32,000 nucleotides of DNA from NCBI RefSeq assembly GCF_000025945.1, contig NC_006138.1, positions 1,890,001 to 1,922,000 on the forward strand, read 5' to 3'. How positions within the stretch are numbered: position 1 is the stretch's first letter; every line of letters starts with the position of its first letter. Below the pieces are notes generated by a model, which ran no database searches, was not told the DNA's origin, and saw only the letters and a list, made by a program, of their open reading frames with translations. Both the position numbers and the translations under genes were made by a program. Origin of the DNA: Desulfotalea psychrophila LSv54. Lineage in GTDB: Bacteria > Desulfobacterota > Desulfobulbia > Desulfobulbales > Desulfocapsaceae. Positions 29,698 through 32,000 of the stretch are shown here, in pieces.

Positions 29698-30639
29698 GTG
29701 GATATTGTAAGGCAGCTGTTTCCTGTGGCCCTTGGCACATGTTCTGACTATCAAACTCTTTTGCTGGATGATCGTCTGTCTGCCCTCTCTCTTGCCGCCG
29801 GTTTTTCTCCACCTGCCCGAGGGGCGCGGGTGCTCTTGAAACCTAATCTTGTCAGTGCCAGAGGGCCATCCTGGGCCTGTACCAATGCCCTTTTTATTCG
29901 CGCTGTCGCCCTTTGGTTTTTAGAGCAGGGGGCTCATGTGGCCTTGGGTGATTCACCGGCATTTGGTTCCGCCCTGGCGGTGTGTGAGGCACATGGCATT
30001 TCTGCTGCTCTTAAAGATTTGAATATTCCCATTGTTGAATTTGACCGTAAGGAGAGCTGTCGTTTGAGTTGCGGAATAGAGGTGGGGCTGGCCAGGGCCG
30101 CTTTGGATTGTGATCTTTTGGTTAATCTGCCTAAGATCAAGGCCCATAGTCAAATGTATGTGAGTATGGCCGTGAAAAATTGTTTTGGGCTTATTACAGG
30201 CCTGCAAAAGGCTATGCTCCATATGAAACATGGGGAGGGGCATGAACGCTTTTCTCGTTTAATTCTGGATTTGCAAAAATTTATTCCTGAACAACTTGTT
30301 ATCGGTGATGGTATAGAGGTTATGCATCATACGGGGCCGATTAAGGGAAGAAAGCTTTCTCTTGGTTGCCTGGCCGTTGCCCAAAACAGCGTAGCCTTTG
30401 ATACAGCGATGCTCCACGTTCTCGGTTTGCCCTCGGAGAAAAGTCCCCTCTGGCAGGTTAGTCACCGAGCGGGCATGGCGGAGAGTAATATTGAGCAAAT
30501 TGCCTTTCCTGGTCTGCCTGCAGACTTTTTTTCTGGAGCAGGCTTTGTGGCACCCGCTAATCTTGACCCCATTAGATTTAGGTTCTTTCGTTTTATTTGT
30601 GGTATGTTAAGGAGATTATCTGTTTCAGATAACGGTTAA
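29698..30639 (+). CDS. DUF362-family protein
   Basis: ARVLLKPNLVSARGPSWACTNALFIRAVALWFLEQGAHVALGDSPAFGSA, CDLLVNLPKIKAHSQMYVSMAVKNCFGLITGLQKAMLHMKHG, IGDGIEVMHHTGP. GTG start at 29698 with TTAGG about 7 nt upstream is proposed; the track's 29653 start lies in the terminator loop. Confidence 0.8.
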   Translation: MDIVRQLFPVALGTCSDYQTLLLDDRLSALSLAAGFSPPARGARVLLKPNLVSARGPSWACTNALFIRAVALWFLEQGAHVALGDSPAFGSALAVCEAHGISAALKDLNIPIVEFDRKESCRLSCGIEVGLARAALDCDLLVNLPKIKAHSQMYVSMAVKNCFGLITGLQKAMLHMKHGEGHERFSRLILDLQKFIPEQLVIGDGIEVMHHTGPIKGRKLSLGCLAVAQNSVAFDTAMLHVLGLPSEKSPLWQVSHRAGMAESNIEQIAFPGLPADFFSGAGFVAPANLDPIRFRFFRFICGMLRRLSVSDNG

Positions 30640-30773
30640 TTGGTAGAAAAATTTGGGCCTGATGTTTTTTCTTGTTAATATCTTAATAAGGATATCGGCC
30701 ATATTACTGGTCCGCTTTTTGGGATTTTGCTCTTAGGCTTGTGCAAAAATAATAAGTACAAGCAGGAAATTTT

Positions 30774-31361
30774 ATGTATAAATGTGACAAACCCTTGATT
30801 CTTGCCTCTTCATCTCCCCGTAGAAAGGCATTTCTGGACCAATTAGGGCTGGAATATTCCGTTAGGGTCAAGAGTATTGATGAGTTTGCTCAACCGGAAG
30901 AATCCCCCGAAGCCTTTGTCTGTCGTATGGCCCTGGAAAAGGGGAGTGCTGTAAGCTATCAGCATCCCGACTCCTGGGTGATTGCAGCAGATACAATAGT
31001 TTGTCTGGATCAAAAAATACTTGGTAAGCCACGGGATAGTGAAGATGCTGTTGCCATGTTATGTAGATTAGCTGGAAGGTCTCATACGGTGATGACTGCA
31101 TTTGCCATTATCTGTGAAAAAGAGAAGATCAGTGAGGTGCAGTTGGTGGAGACTTCAGTCTATTTTTCTTCTTTTGGTGAGGTCGAGGCGCGGGCCTATG
31201 TGGCTACCGGGGAACCTCTGGATAAGGCGGGCAGTTATGGAATTCAAGGGGTAGGTGCTCTTTTTGTTAGAAAAATAGCAGGATCCTATTCCAATGTTGT
31301 CGGTCTACCTCTTGCTGAACTTGTTGAGCGCCTTCTGTATTATTCTGTGATAAGTATTTAA
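30774..31361 (+). CDS. maf: Maf family nucleotide pyrophosphatase
   Basis: LILASSSPRRKAFLDQLGLEYSVR, VIAADTIVCLDQKILGKPRDSEDAVAML, AYVATGEPLDKAGSYGIQGVGALFVRKIAGSYSNVVGLPLAEL. Confidence 0.97.
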   Translation: MYKCDKPLILASSSPRRKAFLDQLGLEYSVRVKSIDEFAQPEESPEAFVCRMALEKGSAVSYQHPDSWVIAADTIVCLDQKILGKPRDSEDAVAMLCRLAGRSHTVMTAFAIICEKEKISEVQLVETSVYFSSFGEVEARAYVATGEPLDKAGSYGIQGVGALFVRKIAGSYSNVVGLPLAELVERLLYYSVISI

Positions 31362-31423
31362 TAGAGTATTTATTTTGTCTTTTTAGGAATCTTTATCTCA
31401 ACCTTCTGGGAAATTGTAACTTT

Positions 31424-32000
31424 ATGATAAAATATAATATAGAATCATCTGAAATAGGGATTCTTATGGCCTTTAATGGAGCCGTGGTGACATGTCGGCT
31501 CTATCCAACATCTGCTCCCCAGGTGAAAACTAGCATGGAGCGGGCCTATAACCTTTTCGGAGATTATTTGTCGAAGCATGATTCATTTTCTCTTGCCATG
31601 GTTGATGGATCCCATGCTGTAAATCATAAGGTTATTCCTCAGCGGACTCTGGATGGCTTGATCAATCTTGTTGTTTATCGTCAACTCCAACTACTTGGTT
31701 TGCAGGAACTACTCTTTGAGCAGGACTTAGATCGGTTTACCTTTTCTCAGATTGTTTCGGTCTTTGTTGCTAAGCGAGAAAAAATAGAGAAGGAGGGCGG
31801 GGGGCGTGAATATGTTACAGCCCTGGGCCTTATATCCTGTTTTCGGGAAAAATTTGTTGGAACCCTGTTGGCGGAAAAGGAAAAAACAAAGATAAAGGCT
31901 CTGGAAAAACTTATAGAGGTCTTGCTCGGTAAGACTGATATTGGTCAGGTAAGGGTAGAGCTAGAGGCTGTTTTAGCAAATGAAGCAATGGGAGCAGAAC
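31424..32000 (+). CDS. Uncharacterized protein, partial, runs off the right edge
   Basis: Open frame from ATG 31424 (or 31466, preceded by AGGGA) to the window end: MAFNGAVVTCRLYPTSAPQVKTSMERAYNLFGDYLSKHDSFSLAMVDGSHAVNHKVIPQRTLDGLINLVVYRQLQLLGLQELLFEQDLDRFTFSQIVSVFVAKREKIEKEGGG... Not in the supplied ORF track, probably because it is incomplete. Confidence 0.75.
   Translation, partial: MIKYNIESSEIGILMAFNGAVVTCRLYPTSAPQVKTSMERAYNLFGDYLSKHDSFSLAMVDGSHAVNHKVIPQRTLDGLINLVVYRQLQLLGLQELLFEQDLDRFTFSQIVSVFVAKREKIEKEGGGREYVTALGLISCFREKFVGTLLAEKEKTKIKALEKLIEVLLGKTDIGQVRVELEAVLANEAMGAE

Noticed and set aside
1-32000. Search for CRISPR arrays, tRNA/rRNA genes, IS elements, phage or toxin-antitoxin modules
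   Set aside because: No regularly spaced direct repeats, transposase/integrase/toxin-like ORFs or recognisable RNA gene sequences were seen by eye. A tRNAscan-SE/Infernal run would be needed to exclude small RNAs rigorously.

Overview
The window reads as an ordinary, gene-dense chromosomal segment of a Gram-negative bacterium. Gene content (RND pump, LPS Kdo transferase, selA, NhaC, TSUP) suggests a marine or sulfate-reducing deltaproteobacterium-like organism, but that is inference. I see no phage, transposon, CRISPR array, toxin/defence island or rRNA/tRNA gene. Supported genes: an RNase II/R-like CDS on the minus strand at the left edge with an apparent frameshift, era, a DEAD-box RNA helicase with a 10-copy 9-bp minisatellite, selA, a TPR protein with two degenerate GGDEF-like regions and a C9 tract, a LOG-family protein with a problematic start, pilT, a phytase/esterase-like lipoprotein, a tetR/MFP/RND/OMF efflux operon with a palindromic operator and sigma70-like promoters, O-acetylhomoserine sulfhydrylase, a TauE/SafE permease, an NhaC-type antiporter, an atypical J-domain protein, comEC, waaA, rsmE, a YdjM-like membrane protein, a serA-like dehydrogenase, a DUF362-like protein, maf, and a partial unknown CDS at the right edge. 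I did not find a convincing novel multi-gene system. The best leads are single-locus observations: two possible frame disruptions, two simple-sequence tracts in coding DNA, the efflux operator/promoter architecture, and the degenerate GGDEF-TPR protein next to selA.
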